Below, piece after piece: positions 1 through 9,124 of a stretch of DNA of 64,000 bases. Positions within the stretch are counted from its first letter, which is position 1. Each line of letters begins with the position of its first letter. Below the pieces are notes generated by a model that saw nothing but the letters and a program-made list of their open reading frames with translations, did no database searches and was not told the DNA's origin. Both the position numbers and the translations under genes were made by a program. Source of the stretch: an uncultured delta proteobacterium (lineage in GTDB: Bacteria; Desulfobacterota; BSN033; UBA1163); the NCBI GenBank assembly GCA_963827685.1, contig CAWHBU010000003.1, positions 576,001-640,000 of the forward strand, read 5' to 3'.

Positions 1-294
1 AACCTCTATAATGCTATCCATCCGTTTCAAGTCTACGACAATACCGCCTTGGAAAGGCACAGCCAGGCCAGCCAGGGAAAGCCCGCCGCCCAGGGGAACA
101 ACCGGCACATTTTCTTTGTTAGCCAGCTTGACTATTTTCTGTACGTCTTCGGTTGTCCTCGGTGATACAACATACTGCGGACGGTGGGGTTCCGTTGTCC
201 CGAGATCGAAGGAGTAGATGTAAAGCTCCTCCGGCCGATTTGAGACGTATTCTTCCCCCACTATTTCTACCAGCGCCTCATACACAGTGTCCAT
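1..294 (-). CDS. FAD-binding oxidoreductase (GlcD/D-lactate dehydrogenase family), 5' part, runs off window
   Basis: Not in ORF track. Manual translation from ATG at 294 gives MDTVYEALVEIVGEEYVSNRPEELYIYSFDLGTTEPHRPQYVVSPRTTEDVQKIVKLANKENVPVVPLGGGLSLAGLAVPFQGGIVVDLKRMDSII, a typical FAD_binding_4 N-terminus. Directly follows a CCG Fe-S gene. Confidence 0.85.
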   Translation of the reverse strand, partial: MDTVYEALVEIVGEEYVSNRPEELYIYSFDLGTTEPHRPQYVVSPRTTEDVQKIVKLANKENVPVVPLGGGLSLAGLAVPFQGGIVVDLKRMDSIIEV

Positions 295-298
295 TAAA

Positions 299-1348
299 TC
301 ACCTCCATCCCGCAGGCTTTTCACCTATGGCAAGCCGGCAAAGGTCGCTCATAAAGATGGGTCTCATCCCATTTCGGGCGACCATCTGACCCAGAGTCTG
401 GTAACAGGCCGGGCAGTTGAAGACACAGACTTCCGCCCCGGCATTTTTCATGTCTTCAATATTCCTCTTCTGTAAATCAGCGGCAAGTTTACGACTTCCT
501 TCTTTTTTCTGCCCTTGAATTGTCCCGCCGCAGCAAAGGGCATTCTCCTCCACGTAATTTCTCCGGACGCTTTCCGCGCCTATCAGGTCAAAGATATCCT
601 GGACGAAATGGTGTTTATCTGGTGAAAGTCGGGAAGAACATGGGCGCTGATAGGCCACTTTCAGCTTGACCGGTTCTATTTCTTCCTTGAGATCGTTAAG
701 CCTGTTATAAAGATACTCAAATAGATGAACGGGCTTGAAGGGAACGTCAATATTCACCGCCGGGCAGTAAGAGCTAAAAGTACCATAACACTCATCATGG
801 AAGCAGACCACCTCCGTGACTCTGTGTTTGGCGATGGTCTTGATGACGCCGGGTAATCTCTCCTTGATCACCGAGCTCCTGGCAAAGTGGAGGTACATCA
901 GCTGACAGAAGTAATGAAACATCTTACGTGGGTCGGTTGAGATGACCGGCAGACCTTCAAAAACCTTACCCTGTATCAAGTACATGAGGTCAGAAAAAAC
1001 GCCCATATCAAGCGCTGGCCCGTTAATCTCTTCGATGTCCGGTTCGCCTCGGAAGGGTATCCCTATGTTTATGCCCCGCTGGATAAGCGGCCTGGGCAGA
1101 GGTGGAACGTTCAGCTCTTCCTGTTTTTCAACAATGAGATAGAAGGGGTGGTTATGTACCGGGCAGTATTCCTCACAGGCATAACAGGTCACGCATTGGT
1201 GGAGGACGAAGGAGTCCTCACCCCGCGCTATTTTAAGGATTTCTCTCCTGGCCGTCTCTCTGTCAATATCCATATATTGGCATTTGGTTAGGCAGGCTTG
1301 TGTGGGACAACCAAGACAGGCGGTATCGTTAAATCTCAGCTCAACCAT
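299..1348 (-). CDS. Fe-S oxidoreductase with CCG domain (GlcF/HdrD-like)
   Basis: N-terminal Cys clusters (CLGC..C..C, CVTCYACEEYCP) and C-terminal YQRPC...LCCGG...CPAC CCG motif. Confidence 0.85.
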   Translation of the reverse strand: MVELRFNDTACLGCPTQACLTKCQYMDIDRETARREILKIARGEDSFVLHQCVTCYACEEYCPVHNHPFYLIVEKQEELNVPPLPRPLIQRGINIGIPFRGEPDIEEINGPALDMGVFSDLMYLIQGKVFEGLPVISTDPRKMFHYFCQLMYLHFARSSVIKERLPGVIKTIAKHRVTEVVCFHDECYGTFSSYCPAVNIDVPFKPVHLFEYLYNRLNDLKEEIEPVKLKVAYQRPCSSRLSPDKHHFVQDIFDLIGAESVRRNYVEENALCCGGTIQGQKKEGSRKLAADLQKRNIEDMKNAGAEVCVFNCPACYQTLGQMVARNGMRPIFMSDLCRLAIGEKPAGWR

Positions 1349-1495
1349 TCAATTCCCTCCTTGAGTGGATTTTCAATTTAGGCGCTGGGCTGGTTAGCAA
1401 CCCTATGTTACTATTCAGGCGCGGTAAAATCAACGTTTTATCATTAATACAAGAGCTTTGCTATAACATCCAGACTATGTGGCTACAATCTTTCA

Positions 1496-1524
1496 TTGAC
1501 AAAATACACTTACAAGTCTAAAAT
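1496..1524 (+). promoter_or_regulatory. sigma70-type promoter
   Basis: TTGACA-N17-TAAAAT upstream of the cupin gene. Confidence 0.65.
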
Positions 1525-1572
1525 CTCTCCAAAATACAACTTACAGTTGACTTGTTGACAGAAGGAGAAAAT

Positions 1573-1938
1573 GTGGATATCTCAGTAGTCAACTTTGGAG
1601 AAAAGTTTCGCAAGATCAAGGAACAGCATTCATATAAAGTAATTGCTCAGATGAATAATTATCAGTTCAAATTGGTTAGAATGCAAAGAGAATTCATATG
1701 GCATAAGCATCCTGAGACGGACGAAGTTTTTGTGGTCATTGACGGCAATTTGCAAATCGATTTGCGCGGTAAGACGCTAACTCTAAAAAAGGGTGAAATG
1801 GTTGTTATCCCAAAAGGCGTGGAGCACAAACCATCTTGTAAAGAAGAATGCAAGATTTTATTAATTGAACCTGCAGGAACTCCCAATACCGGTGATGCAG
1901 GAGGAAATTTAACAGACACTCATTTGGAATGGATCTAA
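1573..1938 (+). CDS. cupin domain protein
   Basis: WHKHPETDEVF...GEMVVIPKGVEH cupin motifs; probable GTG start after GGAG. Confidence 0.85.
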   Translation: MDISVVNFGEKFRKIKEQHSYKVIAQMNNYQFKLVRMQREFIWHKHPETDEVFVVIDGNLQIDLRGKTLTLKKGEMVVIPKGVEHKPSCKEECKILLIEPAGTPNTGDAGGNLTDTHLEWI

Positions 1939-2010
1939 CCTATTAAATCCTTCTGACAAGTGGTTCCAGCGCACTGGAAACAGCGCGGCGGTCTAACTCG
2001 TTCGTTTGGT
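1933..2010 (+). repeat. degenerate attC-like palindrome
   Basis: ATCTAAC overlaps the cupin stop; TTCTGACAAGTGGTTCCAGCGCACTGGAAACAGCGCGGCGGTCTAACTCGTTCGTTTGGT resembles attC architecture with damaged cores. Confidence 0.4.
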
Positions 2011-2059
2011 CGCTGGATAGCATGGAATCAGTTACCAATATTTGAAGGTGAAGCGGAAA

Positions 2060-2947
2060 ATGGGAAGGCTGACTTTTTACATCGTTGATGTATTTGCCGA
2101 AGAAAAATATGCCGGCAACCAGTTGGCTGTTTTTCGAGATGGAAATACACTTGCCGACATCGATATGCAGCGCATTGCGAAGGAAATGAATTTCTCTGAA
2201 ACCACATTTATCTTGTCTGAAACCCAACGTGAGGGGGGTTTCGATGTACGTATTTTCACCCCCCGCCGGGAAGTACCTTTCGCAGGTCACCCCACGTTGG
2301 GAACAGTCCATATTATTCGAACAGAGATTATTCAAGGGAGTGCGGGAAAGATAGTTCTGAATTTGAAAGTGGGACAAATTCCTGTTATTTTTAGCGGTGT
2401 TGTCGAACAGGAAACCACCTATTGGATGAAGCAGATCGAGCCGATTTTTGGCGAGACACTGAGTGCGGAAGTCATTGCGCCTGTATTGAGCCTCAGCACA
2501 AGCGAGATAGATGACCGTTTTCCAATTGAGGAAGTTTCAACGGGGCTGCCCCACATTCTTGTTCCACTCCGAAGCTTAGAATCTTTGAAGAGAGCCCGGG
2601 TGGCTCAGGATAAATATTTCGAGCTTATCGAGAACAGGTGGGCAAAACCCATCCTGATTTTTTGCCCACAACCGCATAACTCGCAGAATGATATAAGTGT
2701 CCGCATGTTTGCAGATATTTTCGGCATTCGCGAAGACCCGGCAACAGGAAGTGGAAATGGTTGTCTTGCAGCGTATTTAGTGCGACATCGTTATTGGGGA
2801 CGAGAGAAAATTGATATTCGTAGTGAGCAAGGATACGAAATAGGCCGGCCGTCTCTACTGTTCTTGAGAGCCGAAGAAAAGGGCGGCGAAATAAGCATAT
2901 CGGTTGGTGGTAAAGCAGTCACAATAGCTAAAGGTGAGTTTGTCTAA
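2060..2947 (+). CDS. PhzF family phenazine biosynthesis-like isomerase
   Basis: VDVF..GNQLAV, NFSETTF, EVPFAGHPT, EDPATGS motifs. Confidence 0.92.
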   Translation: MGRLTFYIVDVFAEEKYAGNQLAVFRDGNTLADIDMQRIAKEMNFSETTFILSETQREGGFDVRIFTPRREVPFAGHPTLGTVHIIRTEIIQGSAGKIVLNLKVGQIPVIFSGVVEQETTYWMKQIEPIFGETLSAEVIAPVLSLSTSEIDDRFPIEEVSTGLPHILVPLRSLESLKRARVAQDKYFELIENRWAKPILIFCPQPHNSQNDISVRMFADIFGIREDPATGSGNGCLAAYLVRHRYWGREKIDIRSEQGYEIGRPSLLFLRAEEKGGEISISVGGKAVTIAKGEFV

Positions 2948-2975
2948 GCGTCAACTTCTTTGGTGTTAGTGCGCG

Positions 2976-3060
2976 GCCCGACAGGCGCATGAAGCCGATC
3001 GCTTCGCCAGCCGCTGCGCGGCTTGCTTGCGGCGGATGATGCTTAGTCCATTGCTTAGAA
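2976..3060 (+). repeat. degenerate attC-like palindrome
   Basis: GCCCGACAGGCGCATGAAGCCGATCGCTTCGCCAGCCGCTGCGCGGCTTGC...GATGATGCTTAG; GC-rich imperfect palindrome with a decayed core site. Confidence 0.35.
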
Positions 3061-3069
3061 GGAAAAGGA

Positions 3070-4161
3070 GTGAGAATAATGAAGAGAATTAAGGTAGGGG
3101 TGATCGGCGGAACCGGCATGGTAGGCCAGAATTATATCAGACTGCTCAGGAATCATCCTTGGTTTGAAGTGACGTATGTTGCAGCCTCCCCTCGCTCTGC
3201 AGGCAAGAAATACGCAGAGGCCGTTTCGGGCCGTTGGCTAATGCCTGAACCGGCTCCGGAGCAGATCGAGGATCTTGTGGTTCAAGACGCAAACCTTGTT
3301 CAATCGGCGAAAGGGAAATGTGAGTTGGTGTTCTCGGCTATTGATGCGGACAAGGACACGGTACGAAAACTTGAGGAGGAATATGCCAAGAGCGGTATTC
3401 CGGTGGTATCGAACAACTCAGCACACAGGAATACGCCAGACGTGCCGATGATGATACCGGAAGTGAATCCAGGCCATACTGAGCTGATCCGACTTCAGCG
3501 GACGCAGAGAGGCTGGGGAAAAGGACTGATCGCCGTCAAGCCGAACTGCAGTATCCAAAGCTATGTCACTCCGCTCTTCGCTTTGATCGAGGCGGGCTGT
3601 AAGATCGAGGCCGTCATTGTAACGACCCTTCAAGCGGTTTCCGGGGCTGGCTTTCCGGGTCCTGCGTCCCTGCAAATGATAGATAATGTCATTCCCTTTA
3701 TCAAAAATGAAGAGGAGAAGTCAGAATTGGAGCCATTGCGGATTCTGGGACAGCTTCGTGATGGCAGAATTATTCCAGATAACTCGTTTAAAATTTCGGC
3801 CCACTGCAATCGGGTCCCTGTCATCGACGGGCACATGGCGTGCGTGAGCGTGAAGTTTAAGGGACGAAAGCCATCTGTAGAGGAGGTCTTGAAGATCTGG
3901 AAAAGCTTTGCCGGCGAGCCTCAGAGGCTGAAACTTCCCTCAGCTCCTGAGAACGCCATCATCTACCGAGAAGAAGTCGATAGACCTCAGCCACGGATGG
4001 ACAGAGATGCAGGAAGGGGTATGGCAGTGACGGTTGGGCGACTACGGGGATGCGAGGTTTTTGACTACCGGTTTGTAGGCCTTTCGCATAACACCGTGCG
4101 AGGCGCAGCCGGAGGCGCAATTCTCACGGCAGAATTACTAAAAGCAAAGGGGTTTTTCTGA
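3070..4161 (+). CDS. asd: aspartate-semialdehyde dehydrogenase (archaeal/spirochaete-like clade)
   Basis: GGTGMVG Rossmann motif, KPNCS catalytic Cys, QAVSGAG, CNRVPVIDGH, HNTVRGAAG. Confidence 0.93.
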   Translation: MRIMKRIKVGVIGGTGMVGQNYIRLLRNHPWFEVTYVAASPRSAGKKYAEAVSGRWLMPEPAPEQIEDLVVQDANLVQSAKGKCELVFSAIDADKDTVRKLEEEYAKSGIPVVSNNSAHRNTPDVPMMIPEVNPGHTELIRLQRTQRGWGKGLIAVKPNCSIQSYVTPLFALIEAGCKIEAVIVTTLQAVSGAGFPGPASLQMIDNVIPFIKNEEEKSELEPLRILGQLRDGRIIPDNSFKISAHCNRVPVIDGHMACVSVKFKGRKPSVEEVLKIWKSFAGEPQRLKLPSAPENAIIYREEVDRPQPRMDRDAGRGMAVTVGRLRGCEVFDYRFVGLSHNTVRGAAGGAILTAELLKAKGFF

Positions 4162-4183
4162 AGGTGGCAGCGCCTTATCTATT

Positions 4184-4241
4184 GGCCAACAATGGAATCG
4201 AGGCGAGACCTTCCGACCACGGTGGATCCCTCGCGTTAGCG
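4184..4241 (+). repeat. attC-like site
   Basis: GGCCAAC-AATGGAATCGAG...GGATCCCTCGC-GTTAGCG, 58 bp, complementary AAC/GTT core ends. Confidence 0.5.
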
Positions 4242-4252
4242 GGAAAAAAATA

Positions 4253-4803
4253 ATGGTGAATCCTAAAATCCGAGCAGGTGGCCAAAAAGACATTGGAATT
4301 CTGACAGAAATTATTCGAAGTTCTTTTCGGGATGTGGCCGATCGCTTTGGCCTGACACAGGAGAACTGTCCGACGCACCCGTCTAACTGCACGGTGGACT
4401 GGGTCCAACGGGATATGGACCGACGCGTCACCTATTTTGTCCTCGAGGACAACGGCCTCGCCTCAGGATGTGTTGCTCTCGAACTGGCTGATTCCGAGTT
4501 GTGCTACCTCGAACGCCTTGCCGTTCGACCGCCCCAGCGGCGGCGCGGCCTTGGGAGAGCCCTGGTTGAGTACGTGTTGGCAGAAGCCAAACGCTGCAGG
4601 CTCGTCGTGTGAGTATTGGAATCATTGCCGAGCAAACAGAACTGAAGAACTGGTATCAGAAAATCGGCTTCGTTGAAGCCGAGACCAAGGAATTCGCTCA
4701 CCTGCCTTTCCGGGTGACCTTCATGTCTTACGCAGTTAATCCGAGCTGCCGGTCATCGCTTTCAACAGATGCGGTAAACCGCTCGGCTGATTTCGACCAT
4801 TAG
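4253..4803 (+). pseudogene. GNAT acetyltransferase, frameshifted
   Basis: ORF 4253-4612 (YLERLAV..RRRGLG motif A) and ORF 4609-4803 (VSIGIIAEQTELKNWYQKIGF motif B) join if one base is restored near 4592. Confidence 0.8.
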
Positions 4804-4936
4804 GTAAAGAGAGGTGGTGAAGGGGGGACAGGATGGGATGTAAATTTGTTAGTTTATGGTTAAGGATGTGCCAGCTCCACGCCTGCGGGTGCAGAATAGA
4901 CGGTTTAGTCAGAAAAAAACTTGAAAGGAGATCGCT

Positions 4937-5659
4937 ATGGAACAAAAGTCTATCGATTTAGCTTCTATGTTAGCTTCTATTCAGAAAACGGCAATGAGTG
5001 TTTTGACATCCCCGTCCGCCTTTTTCAGGGAGATGCCAAAAACAGGCGGGTTTGTTGAGCCGCTGATATTCATGGTAATCATGGGTATTATCGGAGGTCT
5101 CATCCAGACCATCTTCAGCATTGTGGGTCTGCATTTTGGGATTATGGCAATGAGTGTGTGGTCCATTATTTTATTTCCCATATATATTGTCATAGGCGGC
5201 TTCATAGGTGCTGCAATCCTCTTTGTGATATGGAAACTCTTAGGCTCTCAGGAGTCCTATGAAACCGCTTTTCGATGCGGGGCGTACATTTCCGTCCTGA
5301 TGCCGATCATCACTGTACTCGGGCTCATTCCTTACTTAGGCTCAGCCGTTGGGATTGCCCTTTACGTTTACTTTCTCGTGATCGCAAGCGTGGAGGTTCA
5401 TAAGATCCCTTCTCAAAAGGCTTGGCTTGTGTTCGGGATCATCGGTGCAATATTGATCATTTTAAGTATCAGCGGCCAAATTACTGCAAGAAAGTATTCA
5501 AGAGAGGCGATCAAATTCCGGGAAAAGATGGAAGAGACCTCAAAGGCCATGAAGAAGCAGGCCGAACAGATGCAGAAGCAGACTGAGGATATGCAGAAAC
5601 AGGCGGAGGAAGCAAAAAAAGCCGCCGAAGAGATGCAGAAACAATTGGAACAGAAGTAG
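4937..5659 (+). CDS. Yip1 family membrane protein with C-terminal coiled coil
   Basis: VLTSPSAFFREM Yip1 start, five hydrophobic segments, Q/K/E heptad tail. Confidence 0.8.
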   Translation: MEQKSIDLASMLASIQKTAMSVLTSPSAFFREMPKTGGFVEPLIFMVIMGIIGGLIQTIFSIVGLHFGIMAMSVWSIILFPIYIVIGGFIGAAILFVIWKLLGSQESYETAFRCGAYISVLMPIITVLGLIPYLGSAVGIALYVYFLVIASVEVHKIPSQKAWLVFGIIGAILIILSISGQITARKYSREAIKFREKMEETSKAMKKQAEQMQKQTEDMQKQAEEAKKAAEEMQKQLEQK

Positions 5660-5717
5660 TTTATGAACAATTGACAAGAACCCTATATCGAGTTGTTAAG
5701 ATTATTAAGAACTAAAC

Positions 5718-6023
5718 TACCCTCGCCTTCAAGGCGAGGGGTTTGAAATAACAGGTCGACTTGAAGTCGACCTTGCCCGTTCTCCTTCTTTCGTCCGTCA
5801 TTCCTGCGCAAGCAGGAATCCAGTTCTTATTGGTTCCCTGCCTTCGCAGTGGCAGCGTCCTGGATTCCCGTTTTCACGGGAATGACAATGGTGATGCTAT
5901 ATGGTCGGCTTTATCTCAATCCCATGAAGAATATGTCACCAAGGGCTGGCCGACCATTTCGCAAAATCTTTACTTCGCCTGAAGGCGAGGGGTTTCCACC
6001 ATCCCCGATGGTGACACTAAAAT
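5718..6023. mobile_element. IS200/IS605-like non-coding relic with nested palindromic repeat
   Basis: Two copies of hairpin TCGCCT(TC/G)AAGGCGAGGGG (about 5721 and 5973); between them GTCATTCCTGCGCAAGCAGGAATCCAG...CTGGATTCCCGTTTTCACGGGAATGAC (5797-5886). Confidence 0.5.
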
Positions 6024-6184
6024 CCCTCCCAGCCTCCCATGACCAAAGGGAGGAGGACAAAGGAGACGTAAAATCAGCATCTCTCAATCTATCTTCTCCG
6101 GAATGGTTCGGGGAGCGGCGGAATCCTCGCCTGTCCGCAGTTCTGATCGGCACCACCGATACTTTTTAGGTGGGAATTTTGGCC

Positions 6185-6213
6185 TTGACTCTCTTGATAA
6201 AAATTATTAAGAT
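6185..6213 (+). promoter_or_regulatory. sigma70-type promoter
   Basis: TTGACT-N17-TAAGAT upstream of the CBS gene. Confidence 0.5.
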
Positions 6214-6310
6214 ATTAAAAATATTCAATTTTTATTATTATTGTTGCCGAATGGGGATATCGATGATTATATTAACATGAGAGAAGAAAATCTTGGAGGA
6301 GGGATGAAAA

Positions 6311-6976
6311 ATGAGAATTAAGGATGTGATGACAAGGAATCCAGTTACAGCGGATAGTGAAACATTGGTCTTGGACGCCCAAAGGATAATGAAAGAAAAC
6401 AATATTCGCAGGCTTCCCATTGTGGACAAAGGTAAATTGGTGGGCATGGTCACGAAACACGATCTCCTCGAGGCTTCACCTTCACCAGCCACATCGTTGA
6501 GCGTATTCGAGTTGAACTATCTCCTTGCAAAAATGAAGGTCAAGGAAATTATGAAGAAGAATCCCGTGACGATTACTCCAGATACCCCTTTCGAGGAGGC
6601 CTTGAGACTTGGACAAGAGAAGAAGATCGGCTCGTTCCCGGTGGTGGAAAACGGGAAACTGGTTGGCATTACGACCGAATCGGACATCATCCGATTTGTA
6701 ACACGCGTCTTAGGCATAAAGGAGGAAGGATCGAGGATCACCATTGAGGGATTGGGCGCGAAGTTGGGCGATCTCGAGAAGATCGTTTCAATCGCAAACA
6801 AACACCACACGGTTATTTTGAGCATGATGTCATTACCCAGACCTGAAAACAAGGATTGGATGATCGTGCTTCGGCTAAAGACGAATGATCCCGACCCGAT
6901 TGCCAAAGATTTCAGGAAGGCCGGCTTCAATGTCACCTATTCATCTTGGTTCCGTTGCGAAAAGGGGCAGGCCTAA
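6311..6976 (+). CDS. CBS-pair plus ACT domain protein (AcuB-like)
   Basis: Two CBS repeats, ASPSPATSLSVFEL AcuB signature, C-terminal ACT-like region. Confidence 0.88.
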   Translation: MRIKDVMTRNPVTADSETLVLDAQRIMKENNIRRLPIVDKGKLVGMVTKHDLLEASPSPATSLSVFELNYLLAKMKVKEIMKKNPVTITPDTPFEEALRLGQEKKIGSFPVVENGKLVGITTESDIIRFVTRVLGIKEEGSRITIEGLGAKLGDLEKIVSIANKHHTVILSMMSLPRPENKDWMIVLRLKTNDPDPIAKDFRKAGFNVTYSSWFRCEKGQA

Positions 6977-7007
6977 ATAATTAAATCAACAATCCATGCC
7001 GCAAAAT

Positions 7008-7043
7008 AAAAGAGGGGTGCGTTCACGAAACGCACCCCTCTTT
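7008..7043. terminator. bidirectional intrinsic terminator
   Basis: AAAGAGGGGTGCGTT-CACGA-AACGCACCCCTCTTT between convergent genes. Confidence 0.8.
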
Positions 7044-7062
7044 GTTATTCTTTAGTAAGAAT

Positions 7063-8904
7063 CTATCCCTTCTTATTGTGATAAAACCGATAAACCCTTT
7101 GGGCTGACTTTCGATTCATCTTGGGTGCGTTGGCCAATTCTTCTTCTCCGGCTTCTTTGATTTTCTCTACCGTTCCAAAATATTTCAATAACTCCTTCTG
7201 TCTGATCTGACCGATCCCGGGGATCTCTCCCAATTCTGATTTGATCGTCTCCCTACTCCTGACCTTCTTATGATAAGTGATAGCAAATCGATGGGCTTCA
7301 TCACGGATTCGGTCAAGGAGATGGAGGACTGGCGAGCGCCTTCCCAAAATGAAAGGTTCCTTATATTGAGGATGGAAGACCTTTTCCTCGGTCTTTCTCA
7401 ACCTCGAAAGACGAGGCCTTTCAATCGTCCTTTCCTTGGCCAGGCTGATGAGATCAACTTCCTTCGCCTTCAGTTCTTTGAATACTTCTCGGGCCACATT
7501 CAATTGACCTCTTCCACCATCTAACAAAACCAGATCCGGAAGATCACTTTCTTCAACGGCCTTTTGATACCGGCGGAGGAGGACTTCGTACATCATGCCA
7601 TAATCGTCCGCTCCTTCTACCGTTTTGACCCTGAAATGGCGGTATCGTTCCTTATTGGGTTTTCCATCCTCAAAAAAGACCATCGATCCAACAGCATTTC
7701 CCCCTTGGAGGTTGGAGATATCGAAAGCCTCAATCCTTCGAGGCACTTTTCTTAGATGAAGCTTCTCCTTTAAGGCATCCAAAAGTTTCTCCTCATCCTT
7801 ATCCAGTTCATCCTTTGCAAGAAGAAATTGCTCAGCATTTTCACAGGCCATTTTGAGAAGATGTTTCTTATCCCCTTTCACAGGAACAAAGATCCGGACC
7901 TTTTTTCCCTTTAGTTCTGTCAACCATTGTTCTACAAAGTCCTGTTCAGGAATTGACTTCGGGATCAAAATCTGTTCAGGAATGAATTTACCTTCCCGAT
8001 AATATTGAAAGAGAAAGGATGAAAGGACCTCCTTGTCCAGAAGTCCCGTGGAAGGGATGACAAAGCCCCTCCCTCCCATGAGTCTTCCTGCTCTGACTAA
8101 GAACGGATAGATGATGATCTTATGGTCCTGGCGATGGAATCCGATTACATCCTGATCGAGGAAATCCTGCGAGACGATCTTCTGTTTTTCGATCACCTGC
8201 TCAATATAGGCGATCTGGTCTCGAATTTTGGCAGCCCCTTCAAAGTTGAGCTTTTCCGATTCTTCTTCCATCTTTTTTTTGAGGTTCTCCAACAAATCCC
8301 TATTCTTTCCAGCAAGGAACATCCTCACCTGTTGAACGACCTCCCGGTATTTCATCGGATCGACCTCTTCGCAACAAGGACCCGGACACCGGCCCATCTC
8401 ATAATTGATGCAGGGCCTCAGCCGATGGGTGAATTTGGTATCCATGCAGGTCCGGATTGGAAAGAGCCTGCGGATCAGCCTCAGGGTCTCCCTGAGGGAG
8501 GTGGCAGAAGGATAAGGGCCGAAATAGAGAGAACCGTCTTTCTTGATCCGCCTCACGATACATAAAGTTGGATATGCTTCCTCCAGCGAGAGTTTGAGAC
8601 AGGGATAATTCTTATCATCCCTGAGCTTCACGTTATAGCGGGGATGGTGCGCCTTGACGAGGTTATCTTCCAGGATGAAGGCCTCTTTCTCCGTATCGGT
8701 AACAATGGTATCGATGTCCGCCACCTTTTCTAACATCGTCAAAGTTTTCAAATCCTTTCCAGCCGGTTTCTGAAAATAAGAACTCACCCGATGTTTGATA
8801 TTCCCCGCCTTCCCCACATAGAGGATTGTTCCCTTGCTGTCTTTGAACAGATAGACACCAGGATTATTCGGTAGGCGATCAATTTTTTGACTTAAAGATT
8901 CCAT
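7063..8904 (-). CDS. uvrC: excinuclease ABC subunit C
   Basis: GIY-YIG (PGVYLFK..YVGKA), IEAFDISN, DGGRGQL, RDEAHRFA, HhH. Start moved to ATG 8904 because the longer ORF reads through a repeat. Confidence 0.97.
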   Translation of the reverse strand: MESLSQKIDRLPNNPGVYLFKDSKGTILYVGKAGNIKHRVSSYFQKPAGKDLKTLTMLEKVADIDTIVTDTEKEAFILEDNLVKAHHPRYNVKLRDDKNYPCLKLSLEEAYPTLCIVRRIKKDGSLYFGPYPSATSLRETLRLIRRLFPIRTCMDTKFTHRLRPCINYEMGRCPGPCCEEVDPMKYREVVQQVRMFLAGKNRDLLENLKKKMEEESEKLNFEGAAKIRDQIAYIEQVIEKQKIVSQDFLDQDVIGFHRQDHKIIIYPFLVRAGRLMGGRGFVIPSTGLLDKEVLSSFLFQYYREGKFIPEQILIPKSIPEQDFVEQWLTELKGKKVRIFVPVKGDKKHLLKMACENAEQFLLAKDELDKDEEKLLDALKEKLHLRKVPRRIEAFDISNLQGGNAVGSMVFFEDGKPNKERYRHFRVKTVEGADDYGMMYEVLLRRYQKAVEESDLPDLVLLDGGRGQLNVAREVFKELKAKEVDLISLAKERTIERPRLSRLRKTEEKVFHPQYKEPFILGRRSPVLHLLDRIRDEAHRFAITYHKKVRSRETIKSELGEIPGIGQIRQKELLKYFGTVEKIKEAGEEELANAPKMNRKSAQRVYRFYHNKKG

Positions 8905-8917
8905 AAGATTTTCTTTG

Positions 8918-9113
8918 CCATTGCGAGGAGCCCGGAAGTTTCGGGACGACGAAGCCTTGTCTTGAGCGAAGCGAAGGAACGCTTGAGATTGCCACGCCTG
9001 CGTGCCTGCGCGCTGGAGCGCTTCGGCGCGCAAGCGTGCCGAAACACCCGCTGCATAAACGTTTCGAAGATGTCAGGCACTACGGCGTGCAGGCACGCTC
9101 CGCTCGCAATGAC
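8918..9113. repeat. nested palindromic repeat element (CATTGCGAG...CTCGCAATGAC family)
   Basis: Same ends as the compact copy at 19840-19904, with extra palindromes inserted inside. Confidence 0.7.
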
Positions 9114-9124
9114 ACTTAAAGGTA

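Noticed and set aside
5545-5645. Tandem DNA repeats in the Yip1 gene tail
   Set aside because: Explained by coiled-coil heptads (MQKQAEE-like) in the protein
8905-9033. N-terminal extension of UvrC in the ORF track
   Set aside because: Read-through of a palindromic repeat; UvrC homology begins at ATG 8904
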